Below are positions 38,734-47,529 of a stretch of 64,000 nucleotides of DNA, piece after piece (positions within the stretch are counted from its first letter, which is position 1; each line of letters begins with the position of its first letter). The position numbers were made by a program, and so were the translations under genes. Under the pieces are notes generated by a model that was not told the DNA's origin, made no database searches, and saw only the letters and a program-made list of their open reading frames with translations. The DNA lies in the IMG/VR virus record IMGVR_UViG_2513237329_000015, positions 33,052 to 97,051 of that record; one strand, given 5' to 3'. Source of the stretch: a virus. Taxonomy: Duplodnaviria > Caudoviricetes.

Positions 38734-40269
38734 ATGAGTGAGCAGAACAGCACCGGCTGGCCGTTTGGTCAGGCAGCAGGCGAAGGACTTGACATCAGCG
38801 CCATCTTTGGTACTGGAACCGCAGATCCAGACCGAAATCCATTTGACCCCACAGGAGCGGCCTCTGCTCCCGCGGCATCTGTTACGCCGCCCCCTGCGGC
38901 GCCTGTCACGCCGTCCCCCGCAGCGCCTGTCACGCCGCCTCCTGCGGCGCCTGTCACGCCGCCTCCTGCGGCACCTGTCATGCCGCCCCCTGCGGCACCT
39001 GTCACACAGCCCCCCGCGGCACCTGTCACACAGCCCCCTGCGGCGCCTGTCGCGCAGTCCCCTGCGGTGCCTGTCGCGCAGTCCCCTGCGGCGCCTGTCG
39101 CGCAGTCCCCTGCGGCGCCTATCGCGCCGCCCCCCGCGGCGCCTGTCACGCAGTCTCCTGTGGAGGCTGAACAACCCGCCAATCCCATTGAAGCGGCGTT
39201 TGCCAAGCAGGAAATGGCAAACGCCCAGCAAAACCTTCTGGAGAAAAAGCCCATCTTCTGCCACAAGGGGGCCAAAGAACCCATCGAAGATCCCACGATT
39301 ACCTTTGAGGAGTTGCGCATCTGCAAGGCTGAGGACTTTGTGGATTTGGAAGAGGGCAAAACTGTCTCCTGGTCAATGGAATACGGCGGCATCCGAAAGG
39401 AAGTCAAGGACCCCAAGGGGACGACCATCGCCGCTATGAAGCAGAGCATTGAGCGGTCCCGCGAGTTCCTGGAGGCCCTGAAAAAGTCCAAGGACAAGAA
39501 TCCGGACTGCTTGGTGAGACCCAAGGTTATCATGAAGACTAAGGGCATTCTCTCTCCTTACAAAGCCCACTGTGAGTCTCTGGAGGAGGCCAGGAAGTCG
39601 GACAAAGTGATCTGTCTCGTCCCCTCCGGAGACGGAAAGCTCTATGAGGTGCGCAAGCTGGAACAGGGGGAATTTATCGCCCCAGCGAAGAAAGCGTCTG
39701 AGTTTCAGGTGGTCAAGGCCGGGTTTACCCCGGCTTTGCCCCTGATCCCCATGGCGCTGATCGGGCAGATCACCGCCTTCTTCCGCTCCTTCATGCGGGA
39801 AAACGAGGAGAACGAGGCACTGGCGCTTATCTATTGGGATAAGGTCGAGCAGCGGTTTTTCGCCTATGTGCCCCCGCAGGTTGTATCCACAGGGGATGTC
39901 GAGGCGGATCTCCGTGACTGCCCTTATGACGATGATACCCGGTACATCCGCTACGCAGACCTTCATAGCCACAATTCGATGGAGGCATTTTTCTCCCCAA
40001 AGGATGACCAGGATGAGCAGGGCACCGGCCTCTATCTTGTTATGGGACAGGTAAACCGCTTCTTCCCGGAGCTGCGGGCGCGGTTCTCCTGCAATGGTTC
40101 TTTTGTGGAGATCGATCCCGGAGCGATTATCGAGGGCCTGACTCAGCCATTCCCGGAGGAGTGGAGCGGGCATGTGAAGCGGCGGAAAGACCGCGGCCAG
40201 GCCAAGCCGATCCGGACGACCTACCGGCACTTACGGCCATACACCGAGTTCCCGGAGGTGGAGCCATGA
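38734..40269 (+). CDS. Pro/Ala repeat region + putative Ubl (ending TKG) + JAB/MPN metalloprotease (PRTRC C/A-like fusion)
   Basis: JAMM residues ENEALA...DLHSHNSMEAFFSPKDDQDE; central KPIF...EDPTITFEELR...F.DL...MKTKG. Confidence 0.8.
   Translation: MSEQNSTGWPFGQAAGEGLDISAIFGTGTADPDRNPFDPTGAASAPAASVTPPPAAPVTPSPAAPVTPPPAAPVTPPPAAPVMPPPAAPVTQPPAAPVTQPPAAPVAQSPAVPVAQSPAAPVAQSPAAPIAPPPAAPVTQSPVEAEQPANPIEAAFAKQEMANAQQNLLEKKPIFCHKGAKEPIEDPTITFEELRICKAEDFVDLEEGKTVSWSMEYGGIRKEVKDPKGTTIAAMKQSIERSREFLEALKKSKDKNPDCLVRPKVIMKTKGILSPYKAHCESLEEARKSDKVICLVPSGDGKLYEVRKLEQGEFIAPAKKASEFQVVKAGFTPALPLIPMALIGQITAFFRSFMRENEENEALALIYWDKVEQRFFAYVPPQVVSTGDVEADLRDCPYDDDTRYIRYADLHSHNSMEAFFSPKDDQDEQGTGLYLVMGQVNRFFPELRARFSCNGSFVEIDPGAIIEGLTQPFPEEWSGHVKRRKDRGQAKPIRTTYRHLRPYTEFPEVEP
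38868..39160 (+). repeat. 24-bp coding tandem repeat (PAAPV[T/A][P/Q][P/S]), about 12 copies
   Basis: CCTGCGGCGCCTGTCACGC.G.C. units. Confidence 0.9.
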
Positions 40270-41033
40270 GGTTTCCCACCGATGTCCCGGTCAAGCTTGT
40301 GATGCTGGGAACTGGCGGGACCGGCGGGCACGCCGCCCCCCACCTCTACCGGATGCTGCACGCATTGAACCGGCCCGCACGGTTTATCCTCTGCGACGGG
40401 GACCTGGTGGAAGCGAAAAACCTTATCCGACAGAATTTTGCGCCCGCCGACCTGGGGCAGAACAAGGCCAGGGTGTTAGCTGAGCGGTATGCCTCCGTGT
40501 TTGGGATGAAGGCGGAATATGTGCCCTCCTTCGTGGAGACACGGGAGGAGCTGATGCGTCTGATCCGGCCCGGCATCTGGGAGATCAAGGAAGGTCCTTA
40601 TCTCTATAAGCTCAAGCGGGAAATGGTGCTTCTGCTGGGCTGTGTGGACAACAACAAGTCCCGGAGGCTCTGCCACGAGGCGTTCTGCCAGTCGCAAGAC
40701 CTGGTCTATATTGACAGCGGGAATGAGGAGTTCTCCGGCCAGGTGGTCTGCGGGGTGCGGCGGAATGGGCGTACCATCTTTAAGCCCGTCGGCGGGATCG
40801 CCCCTGAAATTTTGAAGGCGCAGGACCGTTTTCCCTCGGAGATCAGCTGCGCAGAGGCGGCCCAGGCGGACCCGCAGAGCATGGCGGCCAATATTATGGC
40901 GGCTACCGTAATGGTGGATATGGTCTACAATATCCTGGCCCATGGGCGCAGCCGCGTCCGTGTTACAGAGTTTTCCACACAGACGGCAAAAATGCAAACA
41001 ACTTTAGAAAGTGCAAAGAGGGTGGCAGCATGA
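40266..41033 (+). CDS. ThiF/E1-like adenylyltransferase (PRTRC-type)
   Basis: GTGGTGG, DGDLVEAKNLIRQNF, GCVDN, DSGN, putative catalytic ISCAE. Confidence 0.9.
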   Translation: MRFPTDVPVKLVMLGTGGTGGHAAPHLYRMLHALNRPARFILCDGDLVEAKNLIRQNFAPADLGQNKARVLAERYASVFGMKAEYVPSFVETREELMRLIRPGIWEIKEGPYLYKLKREMVLLLGCVDNNKSRRLCHEAFCQSQDLVYIDSGNEEFSGQVVCGVRRNGRTIFKPVGGIAPEILKAQDRFPSEISCAEAAQADPQSMAANIMAATVMVDMVYNILAHGRSRVRVTEFSTQTAKMQTTLESAKRVAA

Positions 41034-42127
41034 AAACCATCGTTGACGCGAAGCCATTTTCCGACGCGCTGGCAAACGCCTGTACGGTGCCGCGCAAGTC
41101 CAGGATTCCCTGCCTGAACGAGGTCTACGTCCACGCATACCCGGACAAGTGTATCCTGGCCGCCACAGACCTGACGACATGGTTTATCACAGAAATCCCG
41201 GCCCAGGGGGATGAATTTTCCTTCATTTTTTCCCGAAGCTGCGTTGCGGAGAAAGCCAGCCGGTACTTCTGCGGAGAACTGGTCATGGAGTATGACGTGC
41301 TGGAGAACGAAAAGCGTCCCCGCTCCCGGCTCACCATGCGAAATGGCGCCCGGACCTGCGAATTTGAAGCCAGTTCCGGAGAGGACTACCCCGATCTGCC
41401 CAATGAGGACGGCGCCCCTCTGTTTTCTGTTCAGGCCGGCCGGCTTATGGACCGGATCAAGCGCACCGGATATGCGGCCGAGAAGCCTTCGGCCCATGCC
41501 CGGCCAATCGGCAGCTGCATCCAGTTCAGCGGCAACAGTATTTTTGCCCTGGACGGCCGCCGGATGGCATGGGACACCGATGAAAGCCTTACAGCGCCGC
41601 GGGAGTTCGGCCTCCAGCTGGACTTTCTGGCCCACTTGAAGGTGTTTGGCGAGGCCCGGGTGGATTTCCTCTGGGGAGCGCACTACCTTCAAGTCACAGA
41701 CGGGCGCACGCATCTGTTTTCTCAGCACCGTGAATTATCCGTATTCAACTTCCAGGGAGCAATCCCCCAACGATACGCCGAGCAGTTCACAGTCAGTCCC
41801 AAAGAGTTCCTGCGGGAGCTCACCTACCTAAAGGGTCTCCTTCCCAAGAGGGCAAAGCCGTATGTCTATTTCCACAACGGTACGCTCACAGCGCTGGCCT
41901 CCGGGGAGAAATACCGGACCGCCATATCAATTTCGGGAGAGACGGATTTGACCGTCGGTTTCGATTTGGTCTACATGATGGATGCTTTAAAACAGTTTTC
42001 CGGTAAACCCCGGGTCACGGTGAAGTTCGGCGGAGGGATGTCTCCCATTGTGGTCGGGGCAGAGAACCGCAGCGACCACGCACTGGTACTCCCCGTCTGG
42101 GTAAAGAGTGATGCAGATGTGGCGTAA
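41030..42127 (+). CDS. Beta-clamp paralogue 2 (divergent)
   Basis: 365 aa; LAATDL, DYPDLP, ALDGRRMA, GFDLVYMMDAL, SPIVV, LVLPV. Confidence 0.8.
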   Translation: MKTIVDAKPFSDALANACTVPRKSRIPCLNEVYVHAYPDKCILAATDLTTWFITEIPAQGDEFSFIFSRSCVAEKASRYFCGELVMEYDVLENEKRPRSRLTMRNGARTCEFEASSGEDYPDLPNEDGAPLFSVQAGRLMDRIKRTGYAAEKPSAHARPIGSCIQFSGNSIFALDGRRMAWDTDESLTAPREFGLQLDFLAHLKVFGEARVDFLWGAHYLQVTDGRTHLFSQHRELSVFNFQGAIPQRYAEQFTVSPKEFLRELTYLKGLLPKRAKPYVYFHNGTLTALASGEKYRTAISISGETDLTVGFDLVYMMDALKQFSGKPRVTVKFGGGMSPIVVGAENRSDHALVLPVWVKSDADVA

Positions 42128-42214
42128 CGTACCGAAAATAGAGCGACAGAAGGAAAAGACACAGCCGAATGCCGTGCCCTCGGCCAGAAATTGATTGACA
42201 GGAGTGTAAGAACT

Positions 42215-42595
42215 ATGAAAACCGTCTATATTCCCAAAGGACATACCGTGTGCTATGAGTCCCTGGAAACGGAGCATCTTGTAGTAGAGGGGTGCCTGAA
42301 GACCACCTGCGGCGTCAAGGCCAAGACCATCACGGGCGGCGGCGTGCTCAGCGCCGGCACCACCTCTGCGGATGTAATCTGCCTGGACGAGCTGGAGACC
42401 GGCTCTGTCTTCTGCCGCCGCCTGCTCGCCAGGCGGGTCCAGACGCCGGAGCTGTTCGCTTCGGACAGCGCAGCGGTATCCTGTTTCCTCTCCGCGGCCT
42501 ATGTGGAGACCGGCAAGTTGACCGTGTCCATCAGCGAGACCGACGAGGTGAAGGCTGACGAGGTGATTCACCTCAAACCAAAAAACGCGGTATGA
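42215..42595 (+). CDS. Beta-strand-rich hypothetical protein (bactofilin-like beta helix?); possibly frameshift-fused to next ORF
   Basis: AGGAG RBS; V/T/G-rich; ends just after A-AAA-AAC. Confidence 0.55.
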   Translation: MKTVYIPKGHTVCYESLETEHLVVEGCLKTTCGVKAKTITGGGVLSAGTTSADVICLDELETGSVFCRRLLARRVQTPELFASDSAAVSCFLSAAYVETGKLTVSISETDEVKADEVIHLKPKNAV

Positions 42596-42963
42596 TCGCC
42601 ACGCTTCTGCTCTCCGCGCTGCGTTCCTTCTGGACCGGTCTCACGGCCCGGAACGGCTGGTATGAGCCGATGGACGCGGACTATATGCCAGCGGAATCCG
42701 TACCGGAGGCCGCCGGCCAGTCTGGTGCCGTACCGGAGGTCAATGCCGATACGGCGCATATCCTGGCGACTGACGCAAAACCGGAGGCGGGACAGACTCC
42801 GGAAGCAGAGGACGAGCCGGATGAAGAGCTCAACCGCGTGATCGGCCTGTTCAAGCTGGCCCGGGAATCCGGCTATACGCTCCGTCTCATCCCCGGCACT
42901 CCGGAGGAAAACGCGCCTGCATTTAATTTTCAGGAGCAGCGTGTCATTCCTCCCGCGGCATGA
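42592..42963 (+). CDS. Acidic hypothetical protein (possible C-terminal half of the previous gene)
   Basis: No clear RBS; lies in the -1 frame of the previous ORF. Confidence 0.5.
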   Translation: MIATLLLSALRSFWTGLTARNGWYEPMDADYMPAESVPEAAGQSGAVPEVNADTAHILATDAKPEAGQTPEAEDEPDEELNRVIGLFKLARESGYTLRLIPGTPEENAPAFNFQEQRVIPPAA

Positions 42964-42967
42964 GCGC

Positions 42968-43177
42968 ATGCGGGAGGTTGCCTATGAGGAGCGGCGCGTC
43001 CTGACGGTAGATGGAAAGGCCGTGCTCCAGATCCGAGCCTGCCGGGGGATGCTCCAGCCGGACGGTACGCTCCGTCTGCTGGCATATGCCGGCCGCCGGT
43101 GTCTGCTTTCTCAGGCGGAGACCGGCGCTGCCTCAGCGGGACAGAATACGACCACGAAAAAACGCGCGGCGGCTTGA
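42968..43177 (+). CDS. Small hypothetical protein
   Basis: Fills the operon gap; weak RBS. Confidence 0.4.
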   Translation: MREVAYEERRVLTVDGKAVLQIRACRGMLQPDGTLRLLAYAGRRCLLSQAETGAASAGQNTTTKKRAAA

Positions 43178-43266
43178 ACCGCCCGCGTGGAAGGCCGGGA
43201 AGCAGCAGGCTTCCCGGCCTTCTCAACGTTTGAAATAAAATGATTGAGAATGTGGAGGAAGCAAAT

Positions 43267-43716
43267 ATGTCGAACAAGTCTCAGGAACTCAATATGCGCC
43301 GTCTCGCCGCGCTGCTCAGTCAGGATCTCAGCTACATCGGAGGAGAACGGGAGTGTGGTCCGAATGGGGCCAAGCGAACCTTCCTGAACGTGGGGAAAAC
43401 CTTCCTGCGGGCCTTGGCAAAGGATCTCTGCCTGCATGATGTGACGGTCCGATCCAACGCCGGTGGGATCGCCGTATCCGGTGAATGCTGCCTTTACGGA
43501 ATGTGGGAAAACAACGGCATCTTTATTGAGATCTCTCAAAGCTGCTGCAGCTGGGTTGGGCCGGTCCTGTACCGTACCATCCGGAACGCCCACGACCACA
43601 AGGGCGGGCACAGCCGGTATCTGAGTTTGAACGATTTGAAAAAGTGCTCCTACAATGAGGTCTTGGAGTGTTTTTCCTCCTTGCGGAAGGGGTACGGCTG
43701 TGAGCGGGCCGCTTGA
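43267..43716 (+). CDS. Hypothetical MGE protein
   Basis: GGAGG RBS; SNAGGIAVSGE motif. Confidence 0.7.
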   Translation: MSNKSQELNMRRLAALLSQDLSYIGGERECGPNGAKRTFLNVGKTFLRALAKDLCLHDVTVRSNAGGIAVSGECCLYGMWENNGIFIEISQSCCSWVGPVLYRTIRNAHDHKGGHSRYLSLNDLKKCSYNEVLECFSSLRKGYGCERAA

Positions 43717-45112
43717 GGAGCGGGATGAGCAGCAGTTCTACGCCTCCGAACGGCTCAAGGACTGCCAGCACATGATTCTGCGTATGGCGCAGTCCCTGGT
43801 GGTGCAGAGGGCCAGGGTTGAAAAGGCCCGTAGCGCCGGCCTTGCCGCCGCCCGGGACGCCTATTCTGATCTGCAGGAGGTGCGCGGCTATCTGCTGGAA
43901 GCGCTCTCCGACGTCCGGCCCTGTCTCATGGAGGTGGAGGAGTACAAGCTGGCTGCTGCCGCGGGACAACTCCACGCGGGGCTTGCACACTTCGATCTGA
44001 TGTCAACGGCTTATAAGCCGGTCTATGACGCACTCTGCGGCTTTGCTGGTTCTCTTCCAGTCAGCGGTACCACCAATGCCGCCGTGGTCGGACGGCTTAT
44101 GAACAATATCAAGCTGGGGTATTACCCCACCGACCCGGACAATATCGCACTGCTGCTCCGGGGTATTCAGTTCCCGGAGGGTGTTACCACCAACCTCCTT
44201 GATCCCTGCTGCGGCTGCGGGAAGGCCCTGCGGCAGCTCGCCGAGGGGAACAACTGCTTTGCCTACGGCGTGGAGCTGGACGAAAGCCGCGCCGGGGAGG
44301 CGCAGACCCGCCTGCACCGTGTAGGCTTCGGCAGCTTTTTCTTCAGCCGGATCAGCCGTGAGGCGTTCCATCTGCTGTTTCTGAATCCGCCTTATCTGTC
44401 CGTACTCAATGGCAGCGGCGGGCAGTCCCGGCATGAAAAGCGGTTTCTCATTGAGAGCATCGGCCACCTAACCTATGGGGGCCTGCTGGTCTATGTGATC
44501 CCCTATTACCGCCTTACCCCGGACATCTGCCGTATCCTGATGGACAATTTTGAGGCTCTCTCTGTCTGGCGCTTTACCGATGGGGAGTTCAAGCGGTTCA
44601 AGCAGGTGGCCGTCCTGGGCCTTCGGAAGCGGAGAGAGACGGAGCCGCCGGATACCCTGTGGCTGGAGCAGTACGCGGTCTCCCCCGCATCCATCCCCAG
44701 CATTTCAGACCTGCCGGAGCACCGGTATGCGCTTCCAGCTTACCCCCTGGAGGTCACGACCTTCATGGGCGAGAGATTCAATCAGAAGGAGCTGGAGCAG
44801 CAGCTCAAGCGATCCAACAGCTTTCAGCAGCTTATGGCCCGCAGCGAACTGGACAACGATGTAAAACGGCCGCCGCTCCCGCTCTCCATCGGGCAGATCG
44901 GCCTTGTGGGCGGCTCCGGTATGATCAACGGGCTCGTCCGGTGCAATTTTCCACACGTCATAAAGGGACGCATTGTCAAAGTGATCCGGACGGAGACGGA
45001 GGAAAAATTCAGCGCTGAAGGTAAACACCTGGGATCGGAGATCCGCGAGACAATCGCCAACAAAATGATCTTCAATGTTCTGACGCCTAACGGATTTAAA
45101 TCCCTGGCATAG
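43700..45112 (+). CDS. DUF6094-like SAM-dependent DNA amino-methyltransferase
   Basis: GYYPT, LDPCCGCG, GVELD, FLNPPY. Confidence 0.85.
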   Translation: MSGPLEERDEQQFYASERLKDCQHMILRMAQSLVVQRARVEKARSAGLAAARDAYSDLQEVRGYLLEALSDVRPCLMEVEEYKLAAAAGQLHAGLAHFDLMSTAYKPVYDALCGFAGSLPVSGTTNAAVVGRLMNNIKLGYYPTDPDNIALLLRGIQFPEGVTTNLLDPCCGCGKALRQLAEGNNCFAYGVELDESRAGEAQTRLHRVGFGSFFFSRISREAFHLLFLNPPYLSVLNGSGGQSRHEKRFLIESIGHLTYGGLLVYVIPYYRLTPDICRILMDNFEALSVWRFTDGEFKRFKQVAVLGLRKRRETEPPDTLWLEQYAVSPASIPSISDLPEHRYALPAYPLEVTTFMGERFNQKELEQQLKRSNSFQQLMARSELDNDVKRPPLPLSIGQIGLVGGSGMINGLVRCNFPHVIKGRIVKVIRTETEEKFSAEGKHLGSEIRETIANKMIFNVLTPNGFKSLA

Positions 45113-45122
45113 CGAGGAGGAA

Positions 45123-45410
45123 ATGATGTTATTTACGGAAACGTCCGGACGGTTCTCACCTGGCCGTCTTATCGCGAGCGAAGACCTGCTAGCATGTGTG
45201 GCAAAAGAAGAGCTTCTAAACGCCTATTGCCATCACCTGAATTGCGACTGGGGTGACGTCCCGGATTCAGTTCAGCAGAGCAACGATTATGCACTTAGCC
45301 ACGGCGAGGCTCTGCTCTCTGTCTATACATCAACCGGCGGAATCCGGTTTTTGATCGTCACGGAGGCGGACCGGTCGGCCACGACCTGTTTACTTCCAGA
45401 AGAATATTAA
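45123..45410 (+). CDS. Conserved small plasmid/ICE protein
   Basis: H..CDWGDV...N..AL..G..LLSVY...IVTEADRSATTCLLPEEY. Confidence 0.8.
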   Translation: MMLFTETSGRFSPGRLIASEDLLACVAKEELLNAYCHHLNCDWGDVPDSVQQSNDYALSHGEALLSVYTSTGGIRFLIVTEADRSATTCLLPEEY

Positions 45411-45427
45411 GAAACGAGGTATGCTAT

Positions 45428-45997
45428 ATGGCTATGACAGCGCTTCCTCTGGCGTTCATTGTTCCGGCTGAGGAGCTTCCCGCAGACGACCGCACGGCGC
45501 AGGGCGCCGTATGGTCTACTGTGGCCAGCCTGCTTCAGTCTGGCCTTGGCAGAAAATTCTCCAAATTCTATCCCCAGCTCCGACTGGAACAACAGGGAGG
45601 TTACGCCCCCTTCGGCGTGGTTCTCGGCCGAGCTGCCCCGCCCCTGTTTCGGGAGCTCTACCGTAAGGCGCTGGACAGGCAGGCTGGCGCGATCATGCAC
45701 CATACGCTGAACACGCTGTCCCGCTTGAATCCAGATCAATTTTTTGAGGAGGACGGTACCATCGTCTGTCCGGCCGTTATAGATGGCAGCGATCCTGACC
45801 TGATGTTTCACGGCCTCTGGCATCTGGCGATGCAGCAGGGCGAGATTCTTCCCGACTGCGGTGTTTACCATGTCGCGCAGAAACGGGCGTCTATTGAACC
45901 GAAGGAAGTGCAGCAGACGCTGGCGCACCCCGAACGTTATGCCCTCTGCATGGTCTGCCTGGAGCCGCCGGAGGTGCCGTGTGATGATGAGATTTGA
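45428..45997 (+). CDS. Hypothetical protein
   Basis: GAGGT RBS; overlaps next gene. Confidence 0.65.
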   Translation: MAMTALPLAFIVPAEELPADDRTAQGAVWSTVASLLQSGLGRKFSKFYPQLRLEQQGGYAPFGVVLGRAAPPLFRELYRKALDRQAGAIMHHTLNTLSRLNPDQFFEEDGTIVCPAVIDGSDPDLMFHGLWHLAMQQGEILPDCGVYHVAQKRASIEPKEVQQTLAHPERYALCMVCLEPPEVPCDDEI

Positions 45998-46283
45998 CCC
46001 GGAGCAGTTCTTCCGGCTTTTGCAGCAGCTTCCGCCCAGCCAGCCCATGTCGGAACCGGCGGAGCACAGCGCCTACCTCCAGCGGGAGGTATTCGACAGG
46101 CTGAAGAACCACGAGCTCATCGATCTGACAAAGCTGGACTGGGATGCGTTCGACCTCAGCCACGTGACGCCGGAGGACTATGAGCACAGGTACAAAATCA
46201 ACCAGTCGAACTGGCTGCAGGGCTTTAACAGGATGCTTCAAGGCATAGAGCCTGCGGCGCTGGAAAAGCAGGTATTCTTCTGA
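45984..46283 (+). CDS. Hypothetical protein
   Basis: GGAGGTG RBS. Confidence 0.6.
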   Translation: MMRFDPEQFFRLLQQLPPSQPMSEPAEHSAYLQREVFDRLKNHELIDLTKLDWDAFDLSHVTPEDYEHRYKINQSNWLQGFNRMLQGIEPAALEKQVFF

Positions 46284-46294
46284 GGAGGGGGACA

Positions 46295-46837
46295 ATGTAC
46301 GACTACGATGACTACGAAGAGGATGTACTTCTGGTGCTGCGCGTACTGAAATACCTGCACGGCGTACAGACCAGGGAGGAATTTCTGAAAACACTCAACC
46401 ATTGCACAGAGGCAGGGATGGATGAGCTGTATGAGCTGGCAGATACCTTCACCTGGGAGCTTTTCCCCGCAGCGGTATTTGATATAGATGAAGAATGGGA
46501 TGCCACAACGATGTCCTTCTCTCATCCCAATATAGACTGCTATCTGTCTTTGACCGGCCGGCTGGACACCACACATGGGCACAGGCTTGCCCTTCGGAAA
46601 CGCCTGGAGGACATCGCGCTGTATTTCTGCATGGTGACGGACTCAGTGACAGGAGTGCAGTTCTCCCCTATGGACGAATCGACCTGCGTAAAGCTGCGGT
46701 TCTCTCCGGACTGCTGCGATACGCTGGGCTTTGCCAATTCCATGGTGGATCTGCTGCGCTATCTCGACCGGGAAAACCGGCGCCTGGAGAAGCTGTGCCT
46801 GGAACAGCAAAATGAAAGTGATAAGGAGGCGGCCTGA
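46295..46837 (+). CDS. Acidic hypothetical protein coupled to the E2 gene
   Basis: GAGGAGG RBS; TGATG overlap. Confidence 0.7.
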   Translation: MYDYDDYEEDVLLVLRVLKYLHGVQTREEFLKTLNHCTEAGMDELYELADTFTWELFPAAVFDIDEEWDATTMSFSHPNIDCYLSLTGRLDTTHGHRLALRKRLEDIALYFCMVTDSVTGVQFSPMDESTCVKLRFSPDCCDTLGFANSMVDLLRYLDRENRRLEKLCLEQQNESDKEAA

Positions 46838-47526
46838 TGGCTCGGCCAGAAAACAGAGATTATACGCGGGACTCCTGCATCCGGTGGTCCCCGGAACGGG
46901 GTTTGCTCATTGTGGAGGAGAAAAAGGAAGATGGGGTGATATCCTGTCAGCAGATTGACCCGTTTGACCTCTATTGTGCGCTCAACGAGGGTTATAACAA
47001 CAAGGATTTTCTCTCCAGCGGCTTCCTGCCGGAGCACTGCCTTTCCGTGGCAATGAACGGCTCGGAGCGGTACTTTGTGCTGTGGAACCCGGAGCTGCGG
47101 GCCGATCTGACCTATTTGAATACGGAGTACCCGGACTTCCCGCTCCCCCGGCTGGTGTTCGGTATCCGCATGCTGAACACCGGACGGATCGCGGAGTGTT
47201 CCATCGGCGTTGCAGCGGATGAATCCCCAAGGCCGGAGACGGCGATGTATGAGTATCCGTTCTCCAACGTTCATCCGGACCGGAAGCTGTGTGCGGGCAA
47301 TAACGTCCTGCCCAGATACAAAAATATCCTGAGCATGAAGCACTTTCCCCGCTATGTGCTGGGCCTGCCGGACAACGATGATCTGTACGACCGGGAGCAC
47401 AACCGCCTCGGACTTGGCCATGCCGAGCTGATGGAACACCTGAAGGACAAAGACCCCGCGTATTACTACACGGATGTTCTGGTGCCCCGCGGCGACACCC
47501 TAGGGGACTTTATCATTGGGAGGTAA
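46837..47526 (+). CDS. Prokaryotic E2 family D protein (PRTRC B-like)
   Basis: SGFLPEHCL, FPLPRLVF, YPFSNV...LCAGN with putative catalytic Cys. Confidence 0.78.
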   Translation: MARPENRDYTRDSCIRWSPERGLLIVEEKKEDGVISCQQIDPFDLYCALNEGYNNKDFLSSGFLPEHCLSVAMNGSERYFVLWNPELRADLTYLNTEYPDFPLPRLVFGIRMLNTGRIAECSIGVAADESPRPETAMYEYPFSNVHPDRKLCAGNNVLPRYKNILSMKHFPRYVLGLPDNDDLYDREHNRLGLGHAELMEHLKDKDPAYYYTDVLVPRGDTLGDFIIGR

Positions 47527-47529
47527 GGC

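Noticed and set aside
38635-39548. Arg-rich and Gly/Ala-rich alternative ORFs
   Set aside because: Other frames of the 24-bp PAAPV repeat
38734-47526. CBASS/Bil-type antiphage or thiamine/MoCo biosynthesis interpretation
   Set aside because: No cyclase, effector or cofactor-pathway genes; E1 and E2 are separate PRTRC-type proteins in a replication context
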